This document shows positions 24,901-38,999 of a stretch of DNA of 64,000 nucleotides, one piece after another (within the stretch, counting starts at the first letter, position 1; each line of letters begins with the position of its first letter). A model generated the notes under the pieces. That model searched no databases and was not told where the DNA came from. It saw only the letters and a program-made list of their open reading frames with translations. The DNA is taken from NCBI RefSeq assembly GCF_035594765.1, contig NC_085843.1:51010201-51074200 (forward strand). Direction: 5' to 3'. This stretch comes from Anolis carolinensis. Its lineage: Eukaryota. The position numbers and the translations under genes are program-made.

Positions 24901-27329
24901 TTCTATTCTTTGTCTATATCTCATTTAAATCCCAAATACAAGTGACTTTTTGGTGATTTTTAGTTTAGAGAAAACATCTGTGGCCAAGTATTATCCAGGT
25001 GGGACATGGGACAAGCCCACATCAGTTATACCTCCGTGAGAGCCAGGTCTTAAGATATTGCAACGTGCTTTTTAAAAAGGGGAACTGAAAAGGCTTATTT
25101 CCAAAGTACCTCTCTGAAGTAGATCCTATGAATTCTTCATGATATTCTTGTTTTCATATTGAATGTTGCACTCCCATGCACTGACATTCACCTTTCAACC
25201 CTGAAAGATTGTGGTTAACAATAAGCCTTTTTTATTGTTCTCTCCCTCTGCCATGATATCTCCCACTCAGCAACAAGGACAAGTGATTTCCTTCTTCCAG
25301 TTCTTCATATAACATGGATGTTGAGGACTGTTCTGAAATGTAAAGGGGTATTATAGCACTTTGGGATTGAAAGTAACCCGTGTCATAAGCTTTCATAGAC
25401 AGTCTACAAAAGGTTTTACTACAAATTTCCTTCAGTTATTTTCAAATGTGCCACAATATCCCTTTGCATTCCAATCCACATTAATGTCTGCAATAGCTGC
25501 TCAAAATAAGCCTAATGATGGTGTCTAAACCTTGTAATGACAATATATAATAGCAAGCAACAAAGATGTTGAAAAATGTTGTCATGAGGATTAACTAAAT
25601 CCAAAGGGGAAGGATAATGTATCTTCACCGTGTATATTTTCCTCGACTTTCCTTGATTTAAACTATAAAAATTTACTGTAGTTTGACAATGTTAACATTA
25701 GGCATGATAATATATAATTATTTAGCTAAATAAATAACTAAATTCATTCAGTGTTGTTTGTATTACATTTCTTGGTAGATAGGGTCTGTAATTTTCAACA
25801 TTATGGCTATGTAGTTTTATGTTTTCTACTTAATCTGCTCAGTTATGCTGGTTTTTAAAAGTCTCTATATTAAAGAGTATTTCTATAGTTTTCTGTGTAC
25901 ATTGTTTTAAGCAAGGAAAAGTTTTATATTAATGAGAGAATCAAAATAATTATAGAAAGTATTCATACATGCTTTGAAGTCAGCATGGTGTAGCAGTTTG
26001 TGTGCTGAACTATGACTCTGAAGACTAAAGTTCAAACCTCTTCTCAGCCATTAAAACCCATTTGGTGCAAGTCACATTCTCTCAACCTCAGTGGAAAGCA
26101 AAAGCAAACCCATTCTGAACTAATTTGTGCTTTGTACAAATATTTGAAATCAAAGAGTAGAACACAAGAGGCATTCTAATGCTGACAATTCACCCTGAAA
26201 ACAGTCCGTGTAAATCAGAATACCAAGATCTAGAATGGGAATTGGGAGGAGGAATATATATGAATATATATTAGAAACTTCCTTGTGTACCATGGTTAGG
26301 CTATAGAATCAATCTAAAATACTTCTAAGGATATTTAATGTATATACCCAAATTGAGCAATCATATAAGAATTCTCCAGTGGTGTGGCATTTAAGCACTA
26401 TATCCTGAGTCCAATTGATCAAATAGTTTCTACTGTATAACAGAAGGTAATTTGATTGAAAGTGCTGCTAGAGTATGAAGTCCCATAAAAAGTCCTATCA
26501 ATAATGAATGAATTAATGTCTTCAGATAACAAGCAGCTGTAATATACAAAACTCTGTTTAAACTTCAGCGTTAATGCTCAGAGCATTAACAGTTTGAAAA
26601 CTTTTAAAAGCTCTTTAAAGGTTATTTGTATAGTGTCCCTGCATAAAACAAATGCTATTCAGCCTGTCTCAGATAAGATCAGAATATTGTATTTTTATTC
26701 AGTGTTTCACTGTTACCTGCTAATCTGTTTTGCTAGCTCTGCAAAGGGCCTGAAATCTCATTCTCCTATAATTTTACAGGCAATTTGGCCTTCATTACAA
26801 ATTAATGTCATGATAATAGCTCATTGCTGCCCTTTATGCAGAGCATATAGTGACATTGTTTAGTTTGTCATGCAATTTATACCCCAGAGTTCATGTCCTT
26901 GTGTCAATATGGCAAATTTAAAGATGTCAAGCATGGTAATAGCTGACAAAGGGACTAAAAGACTGATACTCCATTTTATTGCATGCCCATCACATTACTT
27001 TATGATGTATCCATATGGTAGTGTGATGAAGTAAGTGTAAATCAAATTTAATTTTGATGTATTAGACAGATAAAATGGGTTTTCTGTTTACATCTATACC
27101 ATTGTATTTGCTCTCTGGAAACAAGTTCTCTTCAATATGTTAATATCAAAAAATACTTAACTGAAAAACTATAATTGAGATTGCAGCTTGGGCACATCAA
27201 TGCCAACCACTTAGTTTGGTGCGAGTTCAGATCATCCCATGAGTGACTATACAATATATGAGGGATGATCTTGCTTAATCTACAGAAAAAAATGGAACTG
27301 GCTGTTATCCCACACTCCCCAGGCACAGC

Positions 27330-27880
27330 TTATTCCACAGTCTAGGAGTGGATGATGACAAGGTTGTCTGGGTGACAGTTGCCAGTCGGGTTCTGTCTGG
27401 TTGGAACAAATGTCCCATTGAAGATATCAGTGCATAGGGCAGGCAGACTATATGAGGGAAGGCAGTGCTGTAGGTAACCTGGACCCAGATGATGTAGGGA
27501 TTTAAATAGCAGAAACTTTCCCCAGAAACTAAGAGGCAGCCAGTGGAGTAAATTTAGTATAGGTCTAATATGCTCACTGCTAGATGTAACTAATCTGACT
27601 GCCATGTTTTGAACTAACTGGAGTTTCCAAACCTGGTACAGAGGTAGCCCAATTGCAGAACTCCATCCTTGAGGTTACCAGCATGTGTGCTACCATCTTT
27701 TGGTCTTCCAGTTCTAGAAAAGGATGCAGCTGGTGTATCAGATAAAGCTGGTAGTAAGCACTCCTGACAGTTGCATCTATCAAAGCTGTTGGAGAGACTG
27801 ATCCAGGAGCATTCCCAAGCTGCGAACACAGTCTTTCAAGGGGAGTGTGACCCCATCCAGGTCTGGTTGACACACCTCCA
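27330..27880 (-). mobile_element. Degenerate L2 LINE ORF2 fragment
   Basis: Translations HIRPILNLLHWLPL and AHMLVTSRMEFCN resemble the L2 at 48330. Confidence 0.8.
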
Positions 27881-28032
27881 AGCCTAGGTTATGACCCTTA
27901 ATGGCAACCAACTTTGTCTTATCTGGATTCAATTTCAACTTATTTTTCTCCATTTAGCCTATTAGTTCCTCTAGACATTCATTAAGAATATACAAGCAAT
28001 ACTTAGCTAAGGCTGTTTTTAATGCTCTACGA

Positions 28033-28167
28033 CAATGGTTCTCAACCTGTGGGTCCCCAGATGTTTTAGCCTTCAATTCCCAGAAATCCAAACAGCTGGT
28101 AAACTGGCTGGGATTTCTGGGAGTTGTAGGCCAAAACACCTGGGGACCCACAGATTGAAAACCACTG
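28033..28167. mobile_element. hAT-Charlie-like MITE
   Basis: TIRs caatggttctcaac / gattgaaaaccactg; TSD ctctacga / ctctagga (7 of 8). Confidence 0.85.
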
Positions 28168-28688
28168 CTCTAGGAGGAGGAAGTTTTCTCTAGGAAGAGG
28201 AAACTGGATTTAAAATGAAAAATGTCTATATTTGTTTATAGTTTCAAACTTATGAATCCCAAGTTCGGAGTTTTTAATCAGGTATTTTTATGATGATCCA
28301 TGCTACTGGAGCAGTGGAGGGAGCCATCTCCTCTTCCTCCTCCTCCATCTATCCTTATATCGGAGAGTGGCAGGATAAAAATAAAGTAAATAAATGAAAT
28401 GTTAGATCACTTTGACAATCACTGGCACCATTGTTTCAATTTCTACTTCCTTCTTTGTCATCTCCTTTTCCTCCCCACCATATGTCTCCTCCATCATCTC
28501 TTTCTCCTTCTTTCCTCCATTTTTCATTCTCACCAAATTTCAGGGTACTGAAATTTTACCTAGAGAAGACTGGAAAGAAATACGTGTAATAGTTTCCTTG
28601 TACTTGAACATTATGGGACTTTGCTTTCCAAAGGAAGGAATTATGAAACCTGGTGACATCTCAATATATTACAGCTATGCAATCAAGT

Positions 28689-29016
28689 GGAGCACTGGTG
28701 GCAAAGTGTGTTAAAGTACTGAGCTGCAGACCGAAAGGTCCCAGGTTCAAGCCCCGGGAATGGCAGGAGCGGCCGCTGTTAGCTCCAGCTTCTTCCAACC
28801 TAGCAGTTCGAAAACATGCCAATGTGAGTAGATCAATAGGTACCGCTCCAGCAGGAAGGTAACGGCGCTCCATGCAGTCATGCCGGCCACATGACCTTGG
28901 AGGTGTCTATGGACAATGCCGGCTCTTCGGCTTAGAAATGGAGATGAGCACTAACCCCCAGAGTCAGACATGACTGGACTTAACATCAGGGGAAACCTTT
29001 ACCTTTACCTTTACCT
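28689..29016 (+). mobile_element. Sauria SINE
   Basis: Same body as 20143; (ACCTTT)n tail. Confidence 0.9.
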
Positions 29017-29339
29017 ATGCAATAAAGTAGAAACACATATTTTAGTTCCATTCAAGTCATTCATAAGATCTGAGTCTGAAATCCTATATCCACTTAGTTG
29101 AACTCAGAAAGATAGATGTATTACTTAGATAAGTATTGGAATCCATTGTAAGTCTGTAAAGTCTGTGTCATTATTAAAACACTTGCTAGGTTAAAGTAAC
29201 CCATGAAGAAAATTCATTGCTACACATCAGTAGATAGATAGGAAAAGACAGAAGTGTGAACAATTAGAAAGGGTTCCCCTTTCACACATTTCCATCATTT
29301 TATATCATACATTACTTTTCATGCATCACACCATATAGA

Positions 29340-29420
29340 TAGAATCATAGAATAGTAGAGTTGGAAGAGACCTCATGGGCCATCCAGTCCAACCCCCTGC
29401 CAAGAAGCAGGAAATCGCAG
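29340..29420 (-). mobile_element. Very short CR1 3' end
   Basis: Nearly identical to 39948-40025. Confidence 0.75.
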
Positions 29421-30794
29421 ATAGAGGCTACTGTTATAAGAACAGGGCAAATGAGTCAACATCACAATTTCATTAGTGGTTTCTTACTGTTTTTGGCCAA
29501 TAAGAAATTAATTGAAAAGTGATGGGGGTTTTTTGCATACATTTCTCTGTATACTATTGAATTTTCATTATCTGCTTGTCTAAGACCAGATCAATGTGTT
29601 GAATTCTGTACCCTATAAAATCATTAAAACAACAGAAAACTGTTCTTCTTTCATGATGAGATCTTCTATCACAGAGCAAGTAATAATGCTTTCAAAGCAG
29701 ATACTCTGTATAATGAAGGTAAATGGACCATCCTTTTCTTAGACAGGAAATTAATTTCTTCTGTATAATAAATAACATTCTATATGTGAGGCTTCTTTCT
29801 GTCTGTCTGTCTGTCTGTCTTTCTGCTGCTGTGACATGTTTCAAAGTGCAAAAATCATAATAAACAGTGAAGGCACAGAACAGAAACAAATTAACATATT
29901 TTCTCAGAATATGTCACATTTGAATTTTCAGATGATACTTATTAGTCAGTTGTGATGACAGGAGTTTCAAAATACAATATAAATATTAAACATAAATAGA
30001 TGCATATATACATGATGTCCAGTCTGAAAATGATGCATAGAATATTGAGAATTAAAGACAACACAACAAAGATTTTAATTAGTTGTCACACTTCAAAATT
30101 ATAGAAAATACAGAACACTACAAAAATATGTATTGTGACACTTCTAATTTCACAGTTGTATTGTGCTATAAATTATTGATTATTGCACTTACTAATGTTG
30201 TGTTTATATATGTGTGTTCTTATTTATTTACAATATTTATATCCCGCCTTTCTCTACACCAAGGGGACTGAAAACGGCACCTGTGCAGTGCCTTGGGCAT
30301 AAAACATGGACATGAATAAATTATTAAAATTAAAACAGACATAAAAACATAATTAAAATACATTCCAATATGGATGTAAAGCTATGGGGTGACCAGATTT
30401 GTTCTGCATTGTGTTGAAGGGAGATGAAATTTTAACTCAATACACATCATTTCTTGATGGCAACCTTTTTGATTGGAACTAGTGTGAATAGCAGCTTTAG
30501 GAAGGGTGCACATTTTGTGTTAGAGAATTAGTATATCAACTCTGCACAATTGTAACAGGAGGTTATTATTTTAACTGTTCAGGCTCCATCCAACAGAATC
30601 CTGGGATTGAAAGTGCAATTAATTATTTACCATTCTGTTCTAATGCAATTTCCCCCGATCTGAGTTAAGTGCTAGAACTCAAGGGAGGAGGGAGAAGACT
30701 TCAGGGCCTATTGAATACCTCTTTTCTCACCCTTTCTCCCTTTTTGAGTTTTGATGTCCCATCCTCCCACCTCTTTGTCTTCTTCTTTTCTTCT

Positions 30795-30995
30795 TCATTC
30801 GGTCAGTCATTTCCGACTCTTCGTGACCTCATGGACCACTCTGCACCAGAGCTCCCTGTCGTCCGTCACCGCCCCCAGTTCCTTCAGGTTCATGCCAGTC
30901 ACTTCAAGGATACCATCCATCCATCTTGCCCTTTGTCGGCCTCTCTTCCTTTTTCCTTCCATTTTCCCCAGCATCGTGATCTTTTCCAAACTCTT
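30795..30995 (-). mobile_element. RTE-BovB LINE 3' fragment
   Basis: EKITMLGKMEGKRKRGRQRARWMDGI...WCRVVHEVTKSR, the BovB ORF C-terminus. Confidence 0.88.
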
Positions 30996-32318
30996 TGTAC
31001 AGTGTAGGTATTACTGGTTGCTTCAGGGCTGGATAGGAATCTTTCCCCCATGTAAGGTTTTTTTTATGTATCTTACACAGGGATTGTGAATTTGGGATAT
31101 TGACTTAGGATGGAGACTTAAATAGATTCCCATGGCAGGTGTAGGAAAAAGATTTGAGTTGGCAAGCACCTTCTAGCACAAATTTGATGAAAGATAGGAT
31201 GTTGGAACAGATTCTATGATCTGGGAGTTGGGGAAAATTAACTGTCCTTGAGGTGGATCTCTGGGTCTTTGCTCCTTCCAGGGCCATGTGGCTTGAGGGC
31301 TTACACCCTCTGATCTGCTTTTTATTTTGTGACTTGCTTTAGAGCAATCCTCGATGTCAGAGGTTCATCTTAGAGGGCTATGGTGTTTTCAAACTGGGGA
31401 GGCTGGAGGGTCATCTGGATGAGACCTACTGCCACAGTCACTCCCACACCAGTTTGTTCCCTTTTTAACTAACCACAGTAGATGTGTGTTCTTCCTTTGT
31501 GCTCTTATATATGTTTGTACTATCTTTTAAGGTACTGTTAATTTTTTCAGCAACACAATAAATGCCTATCCTTTTGTGCATTTATTTAATAGCATAGAAC
31601 ACAGTAAGTCCTAAATATATGTTTCTTAAAAAGAGGTTTATTTGTTAGGAAAAACATTCACTGTACAAGTCTATTAAAACTCTGCCATCTCAGAATGCAG
31701 ATGAAAGAAAATCTGCCCACATAAAATTAGTAGAAAAGGATCTCAGTTATATTCCTCTATGACATATGTTACTGACAATATTTGAAAGGATGCTATACTG
31801 AATATGCAGTAAACTTGCTTTCTGCAAAGACTAAGACAAGAAGCAATAAATTCAAACAATAGGAACAGAAATTCCACCAAAACATTAAAAGGAACTTCCT
31901 AATGGTAAAAGCTGTTCGACAATGGATTAAGTTGCCTTAGCGAGTGATTGAGTTTCCATTTTTGGGGAAGGTTTTTTTCACAGAAGCTGGATTACTATTG
32001 TCAGGAGTGCTTTGCTCGTGCATTCCACCATGACGGGGAGTTGGACTGGATGGCTCTTTCAACTCCATGATTCTATGCCTGTGTTTTGTTCTCATGGGCT
32101 TTTTTTTTTTTGCAAAACTTTAGAAAATGTATTCTCTGTAACTCTAATAATGTACATAGGTGGACATACCACATATTTTTCTAAGCATGTACATTGATTT
32201 CCCAACTCTTCTTTGTGTTAACCCGTGGAGAGAATATTAGTTTATGATTATCAATGTGTATTTTCCTTTGATGTTATAGATAATTTCATAATGACTGTTC
32301 TTCTATATATGTTTTCAG

Positions 32319-32979
32319 TGGGAAGAAATAAGTGGAGTTGATGAGAACTACACGCCAATCAGAACCTACCAGGTTTGCAATGTTATGGACCACAGTCAGA
32401 ACAATTGGCTGAGGACAAACTGGATACCACGCAACTCAGCCCAAAAGATCTATGTGGAGCTCAAATTTACCCTGAGGGACTGTAACAGCATCCCACTAGT
32501 ATTGGGCACTTGCAAAGAGACCTTTAATCTGTATTATATGGAAACTGATGAGGAGTATTCTGTCAAGTTTAGAGAACATCAGTTTACAAAGATTGATACC
32601 ATTGCAGCTGATGAGAGCTTCACTCAAATGGATCTTGGGGATCGAATTCTTAAACTCAACACGGAGGTTCGTGAAGTGGGACCAGTCAGCCGGAAAGGAT
32701 TTTACTTGGCTTTTCAAGACGTGGGTGCATGTGTTGCCTTAGTATCAGTGAGAGTATACTTCAAAAAGTGCCCTTTCACTGTAAAGAACCTTGCTATGTT
32801 TCCAGACACAGTACCTATGGATTCCCAGTCATTGGTGGAAGTGCAAGGTTCTTGTGTTAATAATTCCAAAGAGGAAGACCCACCCAAAATGTACTGCAGT
32901 ACAGAAGGCGAATGGCTCGTTCCCATAGGAAAGTGCTTATGCAATGCTGGCTATGAAGAAAGGGGCTATGCCTGCCAAG
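32319..32979 (+). CDS. EPHA3: Ephrin type-A receptor 3, large internal exon (exon 3 equivalent; ligand-binding domain and start of Cys-rich region)
   Basis: ttttcag|TGG acceptor and CAAG|gtaatg donor, 661 bp; [69 protein letters not shown]...[15 protein letters not shown] matches EphA3. Confidence 0.95.
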
Positions 32980-33467
32980 GTAATGTCTAATGGTTTTTAC
33001 ATTTTCACTGTTTTTTCTTCCTTCAATGAATTTCTGTGCTTTAAACTTCTTTGGAAAAGAACAGAGGGAACAGGCTTGTAACCACTTCCAAAGTGATTTC
33101 TTACATAAACATATCTATTACTAACTAGATGCCTGCAAGCAAAAAATTGACTGGTTGGTTTGACCTAATATGGACAATTCAAACCCTGGGTTGCTCACCA
33201 CTTCTTGGCTGTTGTTACTAAGAAGAAGCCACAACTGACATAATTTTCATAAGGGTCTACTACACAAAGGGTAGATTTTGATAACTGTATTGGTCAGTGA
33301 CCAAAATGCTGCCCAGGAATTCTCATGCCACCCAAACTACTGAACATGTTTAAAAAGAGGGAGGTGACCGAAAATATCTGAAAAACTACTTCTAGTTTTG
33401 AAAAACTACTATATTTTCAGGATGAACTGACCCTGTGAAGAACATAGGTTCCTGGAAACTTCTAGGG

Positions 33468-33555
33468 CAGTGTTTCCCAGCCCACTTACCAGCTGTTAGG
33501 AATTGTAGGAGCTGAAGTCCAAAACATTTGGAGGAGCAGAGTTTGAGAAACACTG
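33468..33555. mobile_element. Internally deleted hAT MITE
   Basis: TIRs cagtgtttccca / tgagaaacactg; TSD ttctaggg / ttctgggg; a related copy lies at about 33758-33890. Confidence 0.7.
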
Positions 33556-34752
33556 TTCTGGGGAGACCATTTCATACAGATGCCTCATTTTTCCGACTCA
33601 ACAGGTCGACTCAAGACAACTAATGTGTACAGCCACTCTAGCTTTGCAAAGCAAACAATTACGTCATGGTTTAGCATTCTTTATCTTCTTAAGATCTGGA
33701 GAAATATAGCAGCATTAAAGCAATTCATGTATTTCTAAGGTTCTTTGCTGATATAGGCAGTGTTTCCCAACCTTTGGTCCTCCAAGTGGTTTGACTTTCA
33801 ATTCCCAGAAATCCCAGCCAGCTTACCAGCTGTTAGGAATTGTCTAGCTGAAGTCCAAAACACCTGGAGGACCACAGGGTGGCAACCATACCAATGCTAT
33901 AGAGGAATGACAATGTCACTCTATTTCTCACTTTGTTTATGTTGGGTATTGTAATAATTGCACTATTGTTGTGTATGAAAAAGCTTTTTATTGCACAAGG
34001 AGAGAATTGCTTCTATTATCATGCTTAGGATCTAGAGGTGATCATGGAACCTGCAGGTTATTTTTTACGTTAAATTCTACAAAATCCTTGCATTCTGCTA
34101 TTTGTGCAGTAGTCAATGGAGATCAAACCATTCTTGATTTCATCAACTGGAATTCATACAATATCAATAATGAAGTCCTAAAAGAAAACTGCTTCTGTGC
34201 ATGACTCCTTTCAAAGTAAAGGCAGTGGCTGCCTTCTCAACACATATATACATGCATGCACAACTAAGTATTTCATCTATGGAATTCAGATCCTGAAAAA
34301 GTTATAGTTTGAACTACAGTCCTCAAAGTTACCATGCAGTATATTGTCTAGGAGACTTTTGGAGTTACAGTCCAAAAAGAAACTATTCTACATTGCAGGA
34401 ATTTGAGTAGAACATTGGTGTGATGTTTTTTTTGTTAATCACCAAATAGAGTAAGACCCATTGGATCCATGAGATTTAAAGAAACACTGATTCAGTATTA
34501 AACATTTGAGTCTAGAAGACCTCTCTGACTTGGGCTGCTAACAAGATGCAGTCATGGTTTTCTAGTTGGCCTCTTTATTTAAACTAATCCTGTATTTTGG
34601 TTATAAATCTGAGTCATGCCTACACAGATATTGATGTATGCAGCTTTATGGGCAGCTATAGGATGGAATTGAGAGGTAAATTGGAATAAAGGGAGCAGAA
34701 TTCCCTGTTTTAAAATAATGAAACCTATGCTATATTTATGCACTCATACTTA

Positions 34753-35418
34753 GGGCCCTTCCACCCAGGGCCCATAATATGGGAGCTCCTGTGGTTTTAC
34801 CGGAGACATCCAAACAACATTTCCAGTAAAACTGAATTAATTTGGGACAAAGCAGGAAAACCCTACTTTGTCACGAATTAATTTGATGCAGCATTAGACC
34901 CAGGTCTTCCTGAAAGATTTGGGTCTAATGCAGTATAGGCCCTATGGGAACTGACCTGTTGGTAGTCCTGGGACTACCGAGGGGCTCAGTGTGCACAGCT
35001 GAATCAGCCCCGAAAACTCTGAGGGCACCAACCTCCTCTCCCCCCCCCCCCCAAGAAGATAAAAAAAAAATTAAACTGCTGCCGGAGCTCTCCTGGAACA
35101 TAGAAATGACGTGCCAGGAGGGGGGGGGTGAGGAGCAATTTTCCTGTTCACCCCCTTCTCCTGGCAGATAATTGTATGTGCCAGGAGAGCTCCGGCAGCA
35201 GTTTAATGGCAGCCGAATAAGCAATTTTATTTTTAAAAGTCTTTTTGGAGAGGTGGTTTGGGTGTCTGGGTCTTCTCCCAGAATCTATTGGGAGGACATC
35301 TAGACACCCCCCACAGAATGCGCAGACTTTTGGGGACTTTGTGAAGGCTAAAGTTCACCCTGCCCTGGGTTGTTTAAGCCCGGTCCAGTGCTGACTTTTC
35401 CTTTGTGTGGAACCGGCC
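34753..35418. mobile_element. PIF/Harbinger-like MITE
   Basis: Imperfect TIRs gggcccttccac / gtggaaccggcc; TTA TSD. Confidence 0.7.
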
Positions 35419-37196
35419 TTAGATGCTAAGGATAAATTTTGTGATTGTGTGACTAGTTTCTTTAAACCCAGCGAGGAGTGATGCTGTATGTGCATGGAGG
35501 GGCATATAGATTGGGACTTCAGCAAAGACTAGGATAATATTTCTCTTACATTTATTCCCCAGTCCAGATGATCTCCATGGTGACCATTTGCATTTTAGGG
35601 GAGGGAATTAACATTGAAATGAATGATTTCACAGTGAAGATGTCATGTGTGAAGCACGAGATCTGTACTGTGACAGTAGCAAAGGGGAAAGGATGAATTT
35701 CTCCCCAAACACTGCAATATGCCAGGTATCTAATTATGATTGAGCTCTTGTATAAGAATGTAAATGAACACTAAGGAGGTTATAGTTCCTGGAATGAACC
35801 AAGTTGAAATTGCCACCACTCTCTTTTTGAACAAGTCTCCGTAGGATACATGTCTATAAATGAAAGTTAAATGTTTGTTCAGGAAGCAGAGTTTAAGTCC
35901 ATATGGTACAATTCCACAAACATGCAACACCCAGTGCTTGCAAATTCTTTTAAGAGACCCGTTATATGCTCGAGACTACGGTCGAGGAACATAGAGTGTA
36001 GTTGTACAATTTTGGTTTGGTTTTGCATTTGTGTTTCTATTGTCAGAAATTAGATGAAGATGCATACTTTAAAATACTCCAGATTTCTTTCTTTCTGGGC
36101 TTCCATAGTTGGATTGAATTTGGAGAGATGAGGATTGTAAGAAAAGAATAACATTCAAGATACAGAGTATAAATTTCTTTGGAGCAGCTTTAAAGAAACC
36201 TTTACAAATGTAATCCCATATAAGTAAAGTTAAACTTTGAGTTGCTTGAACATCCATTTGTTAAAACTGTAAGAATGAAACCGAAGACAAATGTATTTCT
36301 AAACGTTTATACAACCAGACTAATCCTGTTTTTTAGACACCATATACTGATGCACTGCCTGCTGATTTCAGTCAGCAAGAGATTCCTTGTGACCACAAAT
36401 GTGTAATGTAAAAATAGACTCTGATCCCGCAATCATTTCTTGGCATCCAGGGGTGCTGTCTTTCCTTTTTGATTGCAATTCCATTTGTTCATCAAGGGAC
36501 CTTTGTTTGAGCGGGCTGTTAACAAAAGTGACAGAGTATTCTGGTATGCTCTGGTTTTACATACAATATCCTGCTGTCCTGACAGCTTTTATCAAGACCT
36601 AAATTTGTCAATTTTTTTCACCAGGGTGTGATTTAAGTGGCACTTGGAAAGCAGTTGGTAATCCAATCCCCTCCCTGCTGTTGACGTCAGTAACACAGCA
36701 GGAATTGGAAGGCTGAGAACCATGTTGAGCTTTTTTCATATACTTCTTGACACTCCAGCATGGCTCAGCATGGTGTGTCCTATGCTCTTATACCACCCTC
36801 ACTCACCTAAGATGAGATGAACAAAACGTCTTCATGTAGGCAATACAAGCAAAAAAAATTAAGGCACAAAATTATCATATTTCATTACAAAAATGGTTCA
36901 GAGCCAATATCTATTGCCTATCTAGCCAAGATAGACAATGAGAAAGGATTCCAGAAGAAAATGCAGGCATCAAAAATAATTATTGTATCTATTTCTGTGG
37001 ATATTTTCCATTTTTAAATCATACCAGCACTGATCAAACTTTGAATTTTCAAATATATTCCAGTTTAAGACAGTTATAATGTATCCATAATAAGAAAATA
37101 TACATAAAATATGCAAAACACTCAAGATTACAGTGTAAAAAGCTGGTTTATACAAAGCTTGATGAAACTGTTTTTCTTAATCCTTTTAAAGAATTA

Positions 37197-38999
37197 TCAA
37201 TCAATCAATCAATTTATTAATGCTCCGACCAATGGTCATATGCATTTACAGAGACAACATCAAACAAACATCTATACAAAACACTGTAAAATCCAACACT
37301 TAGAAGTAGGATGCAAGCAGGATAAAACAGAACATGTAAACTATACATTGTGAGGTGCAGCAGCACAAGTGCAACATGTGCTGGGAACTGCACAATTACC
37401 GGTAAAATGCCAATGTATAAGATCAGTCATTTAAAAAACATAAAAAATATCAACCAAGCATCTATAGAAATCCTATAAAATTCCACAGTTACAAGCAGGA
37501 TGCATGAAGTATAAAACAGAGCTTGCAAAATATAACCGGTAAAAAGCCAGTATAAAATATCAGTCATGTTAAAAACTAGATAAAAGCATCCCCGGCGCAG
37601 TCGATTGCAATATCCGCAATCAGTCTTGCTCTGATTTTTTTTGCTGCCAAGGTAAAGAGGGAGACCTTATAAGGAGTGATTAAGGAGTTGGTATCAGATA
37701 AAAGATAGAAGATCTTTTCTTCAACCGTGTTCGATCGTAGGTACCATAGAATAGGCCCTAAGAATTTGTGGAGTATAGAGTGCAGGCAAACAAATAGTGG
37801 GGAAGGTCCTCAATTTCTGAGGCCCCACATACACATATTCGGCTAGCCAAAGGAGTGCCCGAGTATCTACCATCCAGCACTGCTGAGGGCATGCTTTGGA
37901 ATCGTAGAGCTGTAAAAGCTTGTCTGAGGTTAGGGAATGTGAGGTTGGTTAGATACATAGCCCTTTCGTGGTCGAATTTGTATAATTTGTACCATGTTGA
38001 GAATTTGGAGCTGTTAATAGCCTGTCTGTCCATTTGAATACCTTGGTTATAAATGTATTCATGCAACTTCTCTCTTGAACTCAGGATTGAAAGCTCATGA
38101 GACAGGGTAGGGTATATTTTCAGCAATTCCTGATGTTTGAGCTCCATACTTTGCATTCAGATAGATGTTCAAAGCATAGCTTTGGGAAAACCCTAGCTGA
38201 GGAATCCTTTATGATTCTCCGATAGTTGTATAGGGAGAAGTGAATGCGGGATCTTATGGAGGGTAAACCAACCTCTGCTCTGACCAAGGCTGCTGGAGTG
38301 CCAGGTGGGAGTCTTAGCAGTTTCTTAAAGAATGTATTCTGGATGGCCTCCAATTTTGGTATCTGTGAATCGTCCCATCCCCAGACTGGGGCGCCGTACA
38401 GAATCTGGGCAATAACTTTGCTCTGGAATATTTTCAGAGCTGGGGCAACCAGATGGCCCCCTGCTGTATTATAAAATCTGAGGATTCCTCCAATAGATTT
38501 TAGTGCCACTTCTCTGCTATGTTCTATATGGGGCTTCCATGATAAAGTCTCTGAAAAATATACACCCAGATACTTAAATTCCCTGCATTGTTCAATCTGA
38601 TGGCCACCAATGGACCATCTGAACTGTGAGTGTCTTTTTCCGAACACCATCACCTTTGTTTTATTATAATTGATGTTCAGCTTTTCTTTGGAGCAGTATA
38701 TGCCCAGTTTAGTAAGTAGCCTTCTTAGACCTATTTGGGCAAATGAGACTAACACCATATTCATCTGCATATAAAAGAGCAGAAATCTTCTTTGAACCTA
38801 CTGAGGGTGGGAAGAATTCTGGACCTGAAAGCGCTGTTATTATATCATTCAAGTATAAATTAAAGAGTGTGGGTGCCAGCAGACAGCCTTGTTTTACTCC
38901 TTTCTTGATGTGAATTGCATCAGTTAGTGAGCCAGAGGTGCCAACTCTTATTCTAGCTGTGGTGTCAGAGTATAGTGCCTTAATAAGAAACAACAGGCG
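37197..38999 (-). mobile_element. 5'-truncated non-LTR retrotransposon (RTEX-like), frameshifted RT and C-terminal Cys/His region
   Basis: GVKQGCLLAPTLFNLYLND, LLYAD, FKYLGV, CVCG...EDLPHYLFAC; AATAAA plus (ATTG)n tail; 13-bp TSD TTTTAAAGAATTA at 37184-37196 and 39000-39012; clade assignment less certain than the element itself. Confidence 0.85.

Noticed and set aside
32980-32990. ORF-track C-terminus GNV-stop suggesting a secreted EphA3 peptide
   Set aside because: This is read-through past the splice donor at 32980; there is no evidence for such an isoform
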